Assembly (NCBI GenBank): GCA_963817685.1
Contig: CAWFPN010000010.1
Span: 450,852-514,851, forward strand
Length of the DNA stretch: 64,000 bases
Reading direction: 5' to 3'
DNA from: an uncultured Verrucomicrobiae bacterium
Lineage (GTDB): Bacteria > Verrucomicrobiota > Verrucomicrobiia > Palsa-1439
Shown here one piece after another: positions 1-9,863 of this stretch. The notes under the pieces were generated by a model that saw nothing but the letters and a program-made list of their open reading frames with translations, was not told the DNA's origin and did no database searches. Both the position numbers and the translations under genes were made by a program. Position 1 is the first letter of the stretch. Each line of letters opens with the position of its first letter.

Positions 1-1
1 T

Positions 2-1153
2 TTTGAACACAATCCCACGACCGGGGCGTCTTATCAAGACGACCGGCTGCGCTATCGCATCCGTTTCCGTCTGGGCGTTGAAGCCAAACTCGAGGATTGG
101 GCCGACGTCGGCGGCCGGATCGGCACCGGCGACAGCGGCGATCCTTACAACGGCGTGAGCCAAAACGCCACGCTGACCGACACCTTCCGCAAGAAAGCGA
201 TCGACCTCGATCTGGCCTACGCGAAGATCCATCCGCCGATGTGGGATTGGTTGACTGTCACCGGCGGCAAGTTCCTGGTGCCGTTCTGGCATCCGGTGAC
301 TCTGTCCCCGATGATCTATGACCCGGATGTGACCGTAGAAGGCTTGGCGGAGCAGGTGTCGTTCAAGCTGGGCGACAAGCAGCAGTACCGGTTCTTCGGC
401 ACCGCCGGCCAGTTCCCGCTCAAGGAAATCTCGAAGGACGAGAACGACGTCTACATGTTCGACATGCAGGGCGGCGTGGAAGCCAAGCCGATTGACAAGT
501 TGAAGCTGACGGCTGCCGGCGGTTACTACCTCACGCACAACCTGCAAAACGAGCAGGCTTCGCCCGCCCCGGGCTCCGGCCCCGGAGGCACCACCCCTGG
601 TAACACCAGCACCGCGGACTCGGCCAATACCGGCAACAGCGCCATCGTCAGTGGCGGCAAGACCAACTATCTCGGCAACTTCGCCGTGATCTACGGCGGC
701 GGGGAAGCCGCTTACACGGTCTGCGACCAGCCGTTCCTCAACACGCCGCCCGTCCTGACCCTCGGCGGCGAGTATCTCTGGAACATGCAGGGCGTCTACG
801 ACACCAAGTCCGCCGCCAACCCTGACGTGCAGTCCGAGGGCTGGGCCGTACAGGCCGTGTTCGGCAAGGCCGACAAGGCGGGGCAGTGGTACGTCGGCTA
901 CGAATACAAGCGCCTCGAAGCCAACGCCACGTTCGACGCCATCGTCAACGACGACTTCGGCTCGTTCGGCGGCACCGACCGCCAGGGCCACGTCTTCAAC
1001 GGGGCCTACAACGTCAGAGACTGGTGGCAACTCGGGTTCAAGGCGTTCTACACCTCCAAGATCGACGCCGCGCGCACCGGCCTCCATTCACAGCCCGGAT
1101 TCGCAGGACAAGACTCCCTGCGCGTCCAGATGGACACGCTGTTCAAGTTCTAA
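2..1153 (+). CDS. Outer-membrane beta-barrel (porin-like) protein, 5' end outside window
   Basis: The frame is open from base 2; the listed start at 155 is an internal GTG. It shows alternating beta-strand-like segments with Gly/Asn/Thr-rich loops. The C-terminus ...MDTLFKF ends in Phe, as in BAM-dependent OMPs. A hairpin plus T-run follows. Confidence 0.6.
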   Translation, partial: FEHNPTTGASYQDDRLRYRIRFRLGVEAKLEDWADVGGRIGTGDSGDPYNGVSQNATLTDTFRKKAIDLDLAYAKIHPPMWDWLTVTGGKFLVPFWHPVTLSPMIYDPDVTVEGLAEQVSFKLGDKQQYRFFGTAGQFPLKEISKDENDVYMFDMQGGVEAKPIDKLKLTAAGGYYLTHNLQNEQASPAPGSGPGGTTPGNTSTADSANTGNSAIVSGGKTNYLGNFAVIYGGGEAAYTVCDQPFLNTPPVLTLGGEYLWNMQGVYDTKSAANPDVQSEGWAVQAVFGKADKAGQWYVGYEYKRLEANATFDAIVNDDFGSFGGTDRQGHVFNGAYNVRDWWQLGFKAFYTSKIDAARTGLHSQPGFAGQDSLRVQMDTLFKF

Positions 1154-1170
1154 GCCGCTCCTGAATCGTC

Positions 1171-1214
1171 GCCGCAACGGTCCCGGAACGCCGGGCCGTT
1201 GCGGCGGCTTTTTT
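1171..1214 (+). terminator. Rho-independent terminator of the porin-like gene
   Basis: GC-rich stem gccgcaacgg(t)cccgg / ccgggccgttgcggc with loop aacg, followed by ggctttttta. Confidence 0.75.
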
Positions 1215-1364
1215 ATTCTCCGAGCCGCCCGCCAGCTCCGCAACTGTCTCGTCGTTGACCCCGGAAAGCAAGCCCGCGCAAGCCGTTGAACTCGGACGAG
1301 ATGACGTTGGAGACGGATGTAAAAATCGAAAAGGCCGGCCCGGGTGAGCGGTCACAGCGGACGA

Positions 1365-1399
1365 CAAAGGCGCGGGAGAGATTCTCTCCCGCGCCTTTG
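1365..1399. terminator. 17-bp perfect inverted repeat between convergent genes (probable terminator of the 2801-aa gene)
   Basis: caaaggcgcgggagaga / tctctcccgcgcctttg lies 35 nt beyond the stop at 1434. No clear T-run on either strand. Confidence 0.5.
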
Positions 1400-1433
1400 C
1401 GCGTTTGCTGCCTCGAACTTAGATCGTCATCGA

Positions 1434-4400
1434 CTAGTAGTTGACGATGATGTAGTTGGTGCCGGCACTGCTGCCGAGCGCGCCCTGGATGTGAACGCGG
1501 CCGGTGCTGGTGTCGTAATCGCCGCCGGACGGCGTGTAGCTCACCCCGTTGGTCACCACGCTGGAAGGCGTGGTGTTGGTCGGGATGCGCAGCCACAGGT
1601 CGTAATTCAGCGAGCCGCTGGTCTTCTTGTTGATATCAGCGCGCGTGCTGCTACCGACTTCGCTGATGGCGATGTCGTAGTACTGGCCCTGCGAGAACAT
1701 GTTGCTGAAGCCCATGGAACTCCAGCCATCAGGCAGCTTGGGTGCGAAGTAACACGTATTGTTGTTCGTGCCTTCCGGTTTGTAATCCAGGAACATCATC
1801 ATCTCGTCGACGAGTGTGGATTCCGATTCCCAGACGTTGGGCCACGCGGCCTGCAGCCAGAAGTTCGGATACTTCTGCTGGCCACTGCCCGAGATCTGTT
1901 CGGCGGCCAGGCCGCAGAACCCGAGACGCGAGACGAGGTTGCTCAGTGAGGTCAGGTTGACGTCGATCAGCCCCTTGCCGCCGACGAAATCCTGCCAGCG
2001 CGCATTGAACTCACCGTACCAGGACGTGCACAGGAACCACGGGCCGCCGTTCCAGTAGGTGTCGGTCCCGCCGGTGATCGTGTGCTTGTACCGTCGCCAG
2101 TAACCGCCGGTATTGCCGATCGCATCGCCGTCGCTGTCGGTGGACTCGACCTGGAGATCGTCGTTGTACCCGCCGGCCGCCGCGCCGTTGCCATGGAGCC
2201 ATTGCGCGACAGCCTGCATTTGACTGCTCGTAGGCGTGAAGACTTCAAACGGCACGCACATGCCGAGCTGACTGATGTCAGACGGTTCAACACGGGCGTT
2301 GACGCGGTTGGTGAGGCCGCCGACGATAGTGGCTGCCTGATTGGTCCAGATGGTGAACTCGGTATTGGAGCCCACGACCAAGGCCAGGTTGGCGGCATCG
2401 CGCAAACCGCGCACGATGGCGGCGTTGGAGTAGAGGAAGTCATCCCACTGGTCTTCCCAGATGTTGTTGCCGTGCATCAGGTTGTTGGCGAAGTCCCAGT
2501 AGGCACGGTTGTCGATGCAACTGCTCCAGTAGCTGGCGTAGGCCGCTGACTCCGCCAAGCCATAGTAGTTGCTCACGAACGACCCGTCGCCAGTGGTCAA
2601 GTAGTGGTAGTACAACGTCCACGGCACGCCGGCGGTTTCGTCCATCTGCGGGCCGGTCCATGCCTTGTTGCCGTCCGTCATATACTTCTGGTAGAAGAAC
2701 TCCTTGCCGCCAGGATTACAGTTGGTGCTCACCCGGTAGGCCACGTCGCGCAGGAAGTGGTAGAAATTCGCCGCTTCCTTCGTGTGACCGGTCTTGTCCA
2801 GCGTGATCGCCGCATACTCGCCGTCACGCGGCCAGCTGTACGGATAACCGCCGTTATGCATGCCGGCGATGATCGCGCCGGTCACCGCGTCACAGTGCAG
2901 CGCCGTCACCAGCAGGGCGCGTTTGAACACTGTGTTATACGCGTCCACCGGGAAGTGGGCTGTCACGCCGCCGCTGAGCCAGTTCGACCAGTAGGTCTCG
3001 GTGTTGCCCTGCGCCGTGGCCATGCTGTTGGTGTAGAACCAATCGAGCATTGGCCGGCCCCAGTAGTTATGCGTCCCGGTGGCCCCGGCGAAGTCGTCCC
3101 ACGAACCGACAACCATCACGTCCACTTCGACAGGTGTGTTGGTCGGCAGCGTGATGCTCTTGCCGATCCAGCCTTCCTGGTTGTCGGTGCTGGTCGACGT
3201 GCGCCAACTGTCGTCGGCGGCCGACCCGTAGCCGCTGGCGGAATTGGTCACCAGTTTCATCGCGGTGCCGAAGTACACGGACATGAACTTGTCGTAGGAG
3301 GAATTGGCCGTTGGCTGCAATTCGGTCGCCGCGGTGCCGCCGTAACCGTTCGGATCGCAGTTGTTGCCCGTAACACTGCGGTCGGTGTTGTCGTACACCA
3401 CCATCGCGTTCTCGTTGTTGTACGTGTCGTAATACATCGAGTTATAGGCGTTACAGCCCTTCACGTTGAAGTTCGCGTTGTAGTAGAAGTAGATCGTCTG
3501 CGGGGAACCGGACTGATTGTTCAGGATGTAGCGTTTGACGTACACGCCGAAGTTGGTCCTGGTGCCATCGGTCACGATCGGCAACGCGTTGGTCGCGGGG
3601 CAGAAGTCGTACTGCACGACCTGGATGTTCTGCCCGGCGGCGGTCAGTTTGTTGGAACTGATGACCACGTTGTTGTCCTTCTCATACGCCTGGCTGACGT
3701 TGACGTAATCGGTGCCGTTGGTGTTCTTCATCCAATACATCGCGTTGGTGCCGCCACCCGGGATGGCGATGCCGGCCATGGCGTTGATCACGTTCATCTG
3801 ACCATTGGCTTCCTGGTCGAGGCCGGGGCAGTACGGGTTCTCTTCCGGCCCGCGATAGCCTTCACAGGCGGTGTCGTTGCCGTTGCGGATGCCGACACTC
3901 GGGAAGTAGATGTCGTACAGCGAGCCGTTCATGTCCAGCATGGCCGAGATGAAGCCGTTGCCGATCACGGCCTCTTCCGCCCAGTGGTAAATCCGGCTGG
4001 CCGGATCGCTGGCGTAACCGGTGTTGTAGCCCGGCCATTGCAGCAGGGCGATGTTGGTCACCGTCAGGCTGCAGGTCGAAGCGCACCCGTTGCTGTCGGT
4101 CACTGACAGGCTCAACGTGAACGTGCCGGAGTTGTCCCAGTTGACGTACGTTGTCTGGTTGTTGCCGCCGTCGTCCAGCGTCCCATTGCCGCTGATGCCC
4201 CAGGAATACGTACTCAACCCGGACGGCCCGGAGTAGCTGTTACTGACCGAATTCGGATAGACCTGGTTCGGTCCCGTGATCAAACAGGACGGCAGCGCAT
4301 TGACCGTCACGGTCAGGTTGGACGTGCTGCTGCTGCAGCCGGTGATCCCGCTGACGGTCAACGACAGCGTGAACGAGCCTGCGCTCGTCGCGTTGGCCGT

Positions 4401-7400
4401 GACCGATTGCGTATTGGTCGGCGCGGTGAGCGTGCCGTTGCCGCTGATCGACCAGAGGTACGTCAGGCCGGCGCCGCTCGGGCCGGTATACGTGCCGCTG
4501 GATCCCGAGCACATTGAGCCCGACCCGCTAATGGCGGCCGGTAGGATCGTGTAGACGGTCACGGGGAAGGTGCAACTGCTGCCGCAGCCACTGTACGTCG
4601 TCGTATACGTCAGCGTGTAGCCGCCGGAGCTTGAGCCGGAAGCGACCGTCACCACGTTGGAGCTCCCGCCCGAGACAATCGCCGCCCCGCTGGAATTGCC
4701 CGAGAGCGTCCAGTTATAGGAATAACCCGCTCCGGTTGGGCCTGAGTAGCTGTTCGTTGTATTGATGCAGTTGATGCTCTGGCCCGTGATCGGCGAGCAC
4801 GTCGGCGCCGTCGTGACCGGGATATTCGTGGAACTGCTGCTGCTGCAACCCGGCGGGGTGCGCAGGCCGTATACCACGAGATTGCTCACGGTGGTGGCGA
4901 CATACACCCTGCCGTTGGCGATCGTGGGTGAGGTGAACTTGTTCATGTTGCCCAGGAAATCGCCGGGCAATTGGGAGCTGTCCCACAGTTCCTGCGAGAT
5001 ATTTTCGGCATTGTACGCGTAGAGCGTGCCGTTGGGGTAGTTGGTCAGGCCCCAGATGCCCCAGAGAATCCCGCTGCCCGGCTTGTTGCCGATAGCCGAA
5101 ATCGAGATTCCGCCTGTTTCAGCGTCAAACTGCGTTACGACGCCCGAGATCTCGTTGTTCGTCAGGATGCTGGAGCCATTGAACTGCCACTGCCTCAGAA
5201 CGTCATTGCCGCTCCACATGTAGATGAACTGGTTCGTCGGTCCGCACCAGTAGAGTGGCCCTGGTCCGACCGGGTCTGTTGCGGCGATCGCGTTGCTGAT
5301 GATCTCGACCGCAGCATAGTCGCCGCCCGCGTTATACCCGCCCAGATGGTTCTGGTTGAGCAGGTACATAAACCCGGTCTTGATGACGCTGACGATCATG
5401 TTGGTGGTCGGCAACACCAGCGGCCCGTCCGTGCCAACATCGAAGTCGTTATAGTTGTAATAGTTCTGGTTGAACGTGGTGAACCAGTCGGACAGGGCGA
5501 TCTGGCCATATGTCGTGTTGAATTTGAGCCAGGATTCACCCATGTCGGTGCCGCCGGTGGCCTTGGTGAAATCACCGTTGCCCGTGCAGGCGTAGATGTT
5601 TCCGGCGGCGTCGGCGGCCAATCCCTTGCCGGATTGCCAGATGGAGCCGTCATTGCCGTCGGGTGAGGTGCAGTAGACCGCCACTTGCGCCAGGTTGGTG
5701 GCATTGTAGCCAAACAACCAGCCGTGGAACGGATCCCAGTCGCAGTGCGAGCCATAGGCGATATAAACGACACCGTTCATCAACAGCAATCCGGGCCGGT
5801 TGCCCTCATGCAGCGCATTGAACGTAAACGTGCCGCCCGAGCTGTCAATGCCCGCTCCCGAGAGCGTGGCCGTGACCAGCACCGGTCCGCCGAATTTCTC
5901 CGCGCCGGTCTTGATGTCCAGCGCGTGCAACCGGTTATACCAAAGGCCGCTCTCCTTCGTCTTGGCGCTCACATACAGCGTGCCGCTTGCCGGATCGATC
6001 ACGGGCGTGCCCGTAATGCCGATCACCGGCTCGATCCCGCTCACGCAGACATCTCCTTGCTCATCCAGAATGTCGGTGACAGGCACCGCCGGACCCAGGT
6101 TGACCTGCCACAGCGGGGTGGGAATCGCCCCGGTGCCGTCAAAGGCGTAAACACTGTTATTTTCCGTGCAGACGTACACGGCGTCGTGGGTGCCGTTGGA
6201 GAAGCTCACCGCGTGCACGAAGAGCGGCTGCGCGTAAATCTGGCCGTCCACGGCGCGGGAGAAGAGCTTGCCGAACGTGTTGGTGTTGACGTTGGAGGTG
6301 TTCAGGAAGAACTCGTTCAGATTGGCGCCATGACGCATGGTGTTGTTGCCCTGGGTCAATACGCTCACACCCGCGTCCGACGGCTGGGTCACGGTCACGT
6401 TCAACGTCACCGTTCCGCTCGGTCCCGCCACGAAGGTGATCGTGGGCGTGTCCTGTCCGGCCGTGATGGTGCCGTCATTGATCGTCCACGTGTATTGCCC
6501 ACCCGTGATGGCCGGCACAGAGGCGGTGTTGGTGGTCGAATTGCCGCAAGCCGAAGTCGGCACGGTAATCGTGGGCGTGGCAGGACTCGCGTTGGCTGTG
6601 ACATTGGCCGAACCGCTGCTCGAACAGCCGCCGCTGCCGGTCACCGTCACGCTCAGCGTGACCGTGCCGCTGGCGCCGGCGGTGAATGTGATCAGATTGG
6701 TCGTGGTCGAGCTGGTGATCGTGCCGTTGGTGATGCTCCAGCTATAGGTCGCGGCCGGGCTGGCCAACGGCACCCAGGCAGTGTTGCCCGTGGAACCGCC
6801 GCACACAGACAATGGCGCGCCAATCACGGCCGACGGCGTGACATTGACCGTCAGGACCGCGTTGGTGGAGGTGACGCTGCGACCGCAATTGTCGCTGACC
6901 GTCACCTGATAGGTGCCTCCATCGTTCGGTTGCGCGTTGGAGACCGCCAGGGACCCGCTGGTCGCGCCGGCGATGGTCGAGAGATTGCCCGACGGGCCGT
7001 TGGTCAACGTCGCCAGGCCGCCGTCGGTCTGATAGTTCCAGCCGCCGTCATAGGCGTGGTCCGACGCGTTGTCGGTCTTGCCGCCGACGCTCATGTTGTT
7101 GAAGTACGTATCCTGCGTGGCATCACTGGATCCCGGATTGAAGTCAAACAGCCGCACCCGGTCGATCACCGTTCCGGTGGTGCTGGCCAGGTAGCCGGTG
7201 ACCGTCGAGCTGGTGAACGCGCCCGGAGTCACCGGGCTGATGGTCACCGAATACGTGTTGGTGCCGGTCAACGTGAAGGCGATCTGCATGCCTTGGAGGG
7301 TCCATCCAATTCCGGAGTCCGTGCCGCCCTGCCCATTGGTGTCCGTGATGCTGTAGTCCGTGTTGCCGGACTTGAAGAAGAATTCGAACCGGTTTTGTCC

Positions 7401-9839
7401 GCCCGGGTTCTGCAGGCCAAAGCCCACGGATTGGGCGGCGCCGTTGGGCAGATAACCGTTGTTCATCTGGATCGTGAACGTCTGGCCGATGGCCATGCTG
7501 CCGTTAAACAATCGCAGCGCTTCCGTGAAGTTGTGACTGGCGGCCCACATGCCCCAGGACCTTTCACAGCCTGCGCCGCAAGCCGTATCGATGCCGCCGC
7601 GCCCGTTGTTGGTGGAACTGCCCGTGAAGAAGCCGCCGATGGTCCCCTGGTTGTTCAGTTGCCAGCCGTTCAGGCCCCAGCCGAATTTCTTCCAGGTATA
7701 ATTCAGCCCGGCGATGTCCGACGCGGTGACAGAGAGCGTGCCGGTGTTGCCGGTGCAGACGGCGGTATTGGTCGGCTGCTGCGATATGCTCGGCGCCGAT
7801 GTGGCCACCGTCACGGCCTGCGAGCAGGAACTGCTGCAGCCGTTGCTGTCGGTAATTGACAGACTCACGGTGAAGCTATTCGAGGCCCCGCCGTTGACGT
7901 AAACGGTCTGCTGGGTGGTGCTGCCGGTGAGGGTGCCACCATTGCCGGTGAGCGTCCAGGAATAGGTGCTCAGCCCCGCCGGACCGCTATAGCTGTTGCT
8001 GCTGGATGAGGGGCAGGCATAGCTCAATCCCGAGATCGAGCAACTGGGCAACGGATTGACGGTGATCGTCTGGTTGCAAACGCTGTTGGAACAGCCGTTG
8101 ATCCCGCCCACCGTCAACGTCAGCGTGAACGTACCAGAACTGGTGGCGTTGACGTACACCGATTGCGCGTTTGTCGAGCCGGTGAAGGTGCCGTTTCCAG
8201 AAATCCCCCACGCGTAGGTCAGCCCGGCGCCGGATGGCGCGGTATAGCTGTTGCTGACCGAATTGGCGCACACCGCGCTTGCCCCGGTGATGGAGCACGG
8301 AGCCGCCGTGCTGACAGTGACCGTGTTGCTGCAGACCGTCGAACAGCCGTTGGTCGTCGTCGTGAGCGTGAGTGTATAAGTACCCGAACTGGCCCCCGCG
8401 CTGACCGACACCGATTGACTGCTCGACGAACCCAGGATCGACGCGCTGGCACCGCCGCCGCTGGCAAGCGACCAACTGTACGTCACGCCATTCGGGCCGG
8501 TGTAACTGTTGGTGCTGGTGACGCAAACCGGGTTGGCGCCCGAGACCGAGCAGGACGGATTGGCGTTGACCGTGAGCGTGACGGAGCATTGTGTTGTGCA
8601 GCCCTTGGAATCCTGCACCGTGCAAGTGTACGTGCCGGCCGTACCGACACTGATGGTGGCATTGGTGGAGGTAAAGGCGCCCGGGCCCGACCAGGAGTAG
8701 GTGTAAGGAGAGGTTCCGCCGCTGGGGTTGGCCGTAAAGTTCTGGGTTGAATTGGAGCAAATCGTCGCGCTGGACGGACTGATCGAACAGGTTGGCGACG
8801 AATTGACGGTGACAATGTTGCTGCAGGTGGTGGAACAACCGTTGTTAGTAATCAGCAGGTTCACGGTGTACGTGCCGGACGAACTGCCGTTGTTGACACT
8901 GACGGTCTGGTTGGTGGTCGGCGCCACGATGGTCGCCCCTGTGTTGGTGGCCGACAGCGACCAACTGTAGGAGGTCATGCCCGCCGGGCCAGAGTATGTA
9001 TTCTGCGTGCCGGTACAGTTGGAGCCGGCGGTCTGCGTGATGGCGCACGGTGGATTGTTATTGCACGACAGGCTCATGTAGTTGACGAAAAAGTCCGTCG
9101 AGCCGCCGCCGCCGGCAGGATTATAATGAAAACACCGCACCTGGCTGATCGCATTGTTCACCGTCCCGGTCAGCGTGCCGGAGATATTGGTGCTGACACC
9201 GTTGACCAGGCGTTTGATGGTCACTGAGTATGTGTTGCTACCCGTCAGGGTAAATGCGACAGACAGCCCGCCGTCAGTCCAGCCAAGGCCTGTGTCCTGG
9301 CCATATCCCCTGGCGTCGTGAATGTAGTAGTCCGAAGCGCCCGCCGTAAAATAAAGTTCAAACCGGTTGACGGAGCTGGAATCCTGCAGCCCAAACCCCT
9401 GCGACGCGTTGTTGCCGCCCGAACTGTTCAGATAACCGGTGTCAAAATCGATGTCGAACACCTCGCCGCTGATCATGCCTCCGGTGAACGGCCGGATCGC
9501 CTGCGCCGTCGCGCCGCTGTTGGCCCAAATCCCCCAAGCCTGAATGCCGCTGCTGCTGTTGGTGCAATTAATGCCCGGACCGCCGCCGCCGCCATTGTTG
9601 TCGGAGTTGCCCACGTAGAACCCCTGATTGGCGCCGCTGCTCAACTGCCACGCCCCAAAACTCGTCCCCCCATTGGCGCCGTTGGTCCAACTGCCGTTGT
9701 AGAGCGAACTGCACGCGTTGTCGCTGCCGGGATTGGAGGCCGACGCGTTGTTGATCGCCAGTAACGCCGCCATTGATATTGACGCCGCCAGGGTTTTGAC
9801 AGAGGTTGCGGCCACGGATGACAGAAATTGCTTGTTCAT
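1434..9839 (-). CDS. Giant secreted multidomain protein: Ig-like Cys-rich repeats, beta-propeller and GH15-like glycoside hydrolase
   Basis: 2801-aa uninterrupted ORF with a Sec signal peptide (MNKQ...AINNASA). It has about 16 copies of an ~80-aa four-Cys Ig-like module, one carrying the SprB-type GGTSPYTYSW signature. A PQQ/BamB-like propeller sits in the middle. The C-terminal GH15-like region contains GYPYSWPRDGEY and NIWEDQWD motifs. Confidence 0.9.
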   Translation of the reverse strand: MNKQFLSSVAATSVKTLAASISMAALLAINNASASNPGSDNACSSLYNGSWTNGANGGTSFGAWQLSSGANQGFYVGNSDNNGGGGGPGINCTNSSSGIQAWGIWANSGATAQAIRPFTGGMISGEVFDIDFDTGYLNSSGGNNASQGFGLQDSSSVNRFELYFTAGASDYYIHDARGYGQDTGLGWTDGGLSVAFTLTGSNTYSVTIKRLVNGVSTNISGTLTGTVNNAISQVRCFHYNPAGGGGSTDFFVNYMSLSCNNNPPCAITQTAGSNCTGTQNTYSGPAGMTSYSWSLSATNTGATIVAPTTNQTVSVNNGSSSGTYTVNLLITNNGCSTTCSNIVTVNSSPTCSISPSSATICSNSTQNFTANPSGGTSPYTYSWSGPGAFTSTNATISVGTAGTYTCTVQDSKGCTTQCSVTLTVNANPSCSVSGANPVCVTSTNSYTGPNGVTYSWSLASGGGASASILGSSSSQSVSVSAGASSGTYTLTLTTTTNGCSTVCSNTVTVSTAAPCSITGASAVCANSVSNSYTAPSGAGLTYAWGISGNGTFTGSTNAQSVYVNATSSGTFTLTLTVGGINGCSNSVCNQTITVNPLPSCSISGLSYACPSSSSNSYSGPAGLSTYSWTLTGNGGTLTGSTTQQTVYVNGGASNSFTVSLSITDSNGCSSSCSQAVTVATSAPSISQQPTNTAVCTGNTGTLSVTASDIAGLNYTWKKFGWGLNGWQLNNQGTIGGFFTGSSTNNGRGGIDTACGAGCERSWGMWAASHNFTEALRLFNGSMAIGQTFTIQMNNGYLPNGAAQSVGFGLQNPGGQNRFEFFFKSGNTDYSITDTNGQGGTDSGIGWTLQGMQIAFTLTGTNTYSVTISPVTPGAFTSSTVTGYLASTTGTVIDRVRLFDFNPGSSDATQDTYFNNMSVGGKTDNASDHAYDGGWNYQTDGGLATLTNGPSGNLSTIAGATSGSLAVSNAQPNDGGTYQVTVSDNCGRSVTSTNAVLTVNVTPSAVIGAPLSVCGGSTGNTAWVPLASPAATYSWSITNGTITSSTTTNLITFTAGASGTVTLSVTVTGSGGCSSSGSANVTANASPATPTITVPTSACGNSTTNTASVPAITGGQYTWTINDGTITAGQDTPTITFVAGPSGTVTLNVTVTQPSDAGVSVLTQGNNTMRHGANLNEFFLNTSNVNTNTFGKLFSRAVDGQIYAQPLFVHAVSFSNGTHDAVYVCTENNSVYAFDGTGAIPTPLWQVNLGPAVPVTDILDEQGDVCVSGIEPVIGITGTPVIDPASGTLYVSAKTKESGLWYNRLHALDIKTGAEKFGGPVLVTATLSGAGIDSSGGTFTFNALHEGNRPGLLLMNGVVYIAYGSHCDWDPFHGWLFGYNATNLAQVAVYCTSPDGNDGSIWQSGKGLAADAAGNIYACTGNGDFTKATGGTDMGESWLKFNTTYGQIALSDWFTTFNQNYYNYNDFDVGTDGPLVLPTTNMIVSVIKTGFMYLLNQNHLGGYNAGGDYAAVEIISNAIAATDPVGPGPLYWCGPTNQFIYMWSGNDVLRQWQFNGSSILTNNEISGVVTQFDAETGGISISAIGNKPGSGILWGIWGLTNYPNGTLYAYNAENISQELWDSSQLPGDFLGNMNKFTSPTIANGRVYVATTVSNLVVYGLRTPPGCSSSSSTNIPVTTAPTCSPITGQSINCINTTNSYSGPTGAGYSYNWTLSGNSSGAAIVSGGSSNVVTVASGSSSGGYTLTYTTTYSGCGSSCTFPVTVYTILPAAISGSGSMCSGSSGTYTGPSGAGLTYLWSISGNGTLTAPTNTQSVTANATSAGSFTLSLTVSGITGCSSSTSNLTVTVNALPSCLITGPNQVYPNSVSNSYSGPSGLSTYSWGISGNGTLDDGGNNQTTYVNWDNSGTFTLSLSVTDSNGCASTCSLTVTNIALLQWPGYNTGYASDPASRIYHWAEEAVIGNGFISAMLDMNGSLYDIYFPSVGIRNGNDTACEGYRGPEENPYCPGLDQEANGQMNVINAMAGIAIPGGGTNAMYWMKNTNGTDYVNVSQAYEKDNNVVISSNKLTAAGQNIQVVQYDFCPATNALPIVTDGTRTNFGVYVKRYILNNQSGSPQTIYFYYNANFNVKGCNAYNSMYYDTYNNENAMVVYDNTDRSVTGNNCDPNGYGGTAATELQPTANSSYDKFMSVYFGTAMKLVTNSASGYGSAADDSWRTSTSTDNQEGWIGKSITLPTNTPVEVDVMVVGSWDDFAGATGTHNYWGRPMLDWFYTNSMATAQGNTETYWSNWLSGGVTAHFPVDAYNTVFKRALLVTALHCDAVTGAIIAGMHNGGYPYSWPRDGEYAAITLDKTGHTKEAANFYHFLRDVAYRVSTNCNPGGKEFFYQKYMTDGNKAWTGPQMDETAGVPWTLYYHYLTTGDGSFVSNYYGLAESAAYASYWSSCIDNRAYWDFANNLMHGNNIWEDQWDDFLYSNAAIVRGLRDAANLALVVGSNTEFTIWTNQAATIVGGLTNRVNARVEPSDISQLGMCVPFEVFTPTSSQMQAVAQWLHGNGAAAGGYNDDLQVESTDSDGDAIGNTGGYWRRYKHTITGGTDTYWNGGPWFLCTSWYGEFNARWQDFVGGKGLIDVNLTSLSNLVSRLGFCGLAAEQISGSGQQKYPNFWLQAAWPNVWESESTLVDEMMMFLDYKPEGTNNNTCYFAPKLPDGWSSMGFSNMFSQGQYYDIAISEVGSSTRADINKKTSGSLNYDLWLRIPTNTTPSSVVTNGVSYTPSGGDYDTSTGRVHIQGALGSSAGTNYIIVNY
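1437..4037 (-). other. GH15 (glucoamylase/glucodextranase-like) N-domain plus (alpha/alpha)6 catalytic region of the giant protein
   Basis: aa ~1935-2801. Motifs: IGNGFISAMLD...(N-domain), SWPRD, [DN][IL]WE[ED], and GGPWFLCTSWYGE near the end. Family assignment is by motif recognition only. Confidence 0.6.
4860..6347 (-). other. PQQ-like / BamB-like beta-propeller region of the giant protein
   Basis: aa ~1165-1660. Motifs include ...DGQIYAQPLFV...VYVCTENNSVYAFD...LHALDIKTGAEKFGGPV...KFTSPTIANGRVYVAT.., with a repeated blade-like pattern. Confidence 0.5.
7086..7694 (-). other. Uncharacterised ~200-aa domain, copy 2 (inside giant protein)
   Basis: aa ~716-918. It aligns by eye with copies at 9066-9707 and 13514-14206. 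Shared blocks: W..NG..GG, WG.WA, F.G....G..F.I..(D/N)(T/N)GY, GFGLQ, NRFE(L/F)(Y/F)F..G..DY.I.D, G(L/I)GWT..G...AFTLTG.NTYSVTI, (Y/F)FN.MS. Confidence 0.6.
9066..9707 (-). other. Uncharacterised ~200-aa domain, copy 1 (N-terminus of giant protein)
   Basis: aa ~45-258, directly after the signal peptide. Same conserved blocks as copies 2 and 3. Confidence 0.6.
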
Positions 9840-9863
9840 GGTATTCCTCGCTGGATTTGGAAG

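Noticed and set aside
2604-7859. Long plus-strand ORFs (500 aa at 2604-4106, 724 aa at 5685-7859, and others) antisense to the 2801-aa gene
   Set aside because: Their translations are Arg/Gly/Ala/Val-rich low-complexity text typical of antisense frames in high-GC DNA. The minus-strand frame carries recognisable domains throughout. The same reasoning applies to most other overlapping ORFs in the track.
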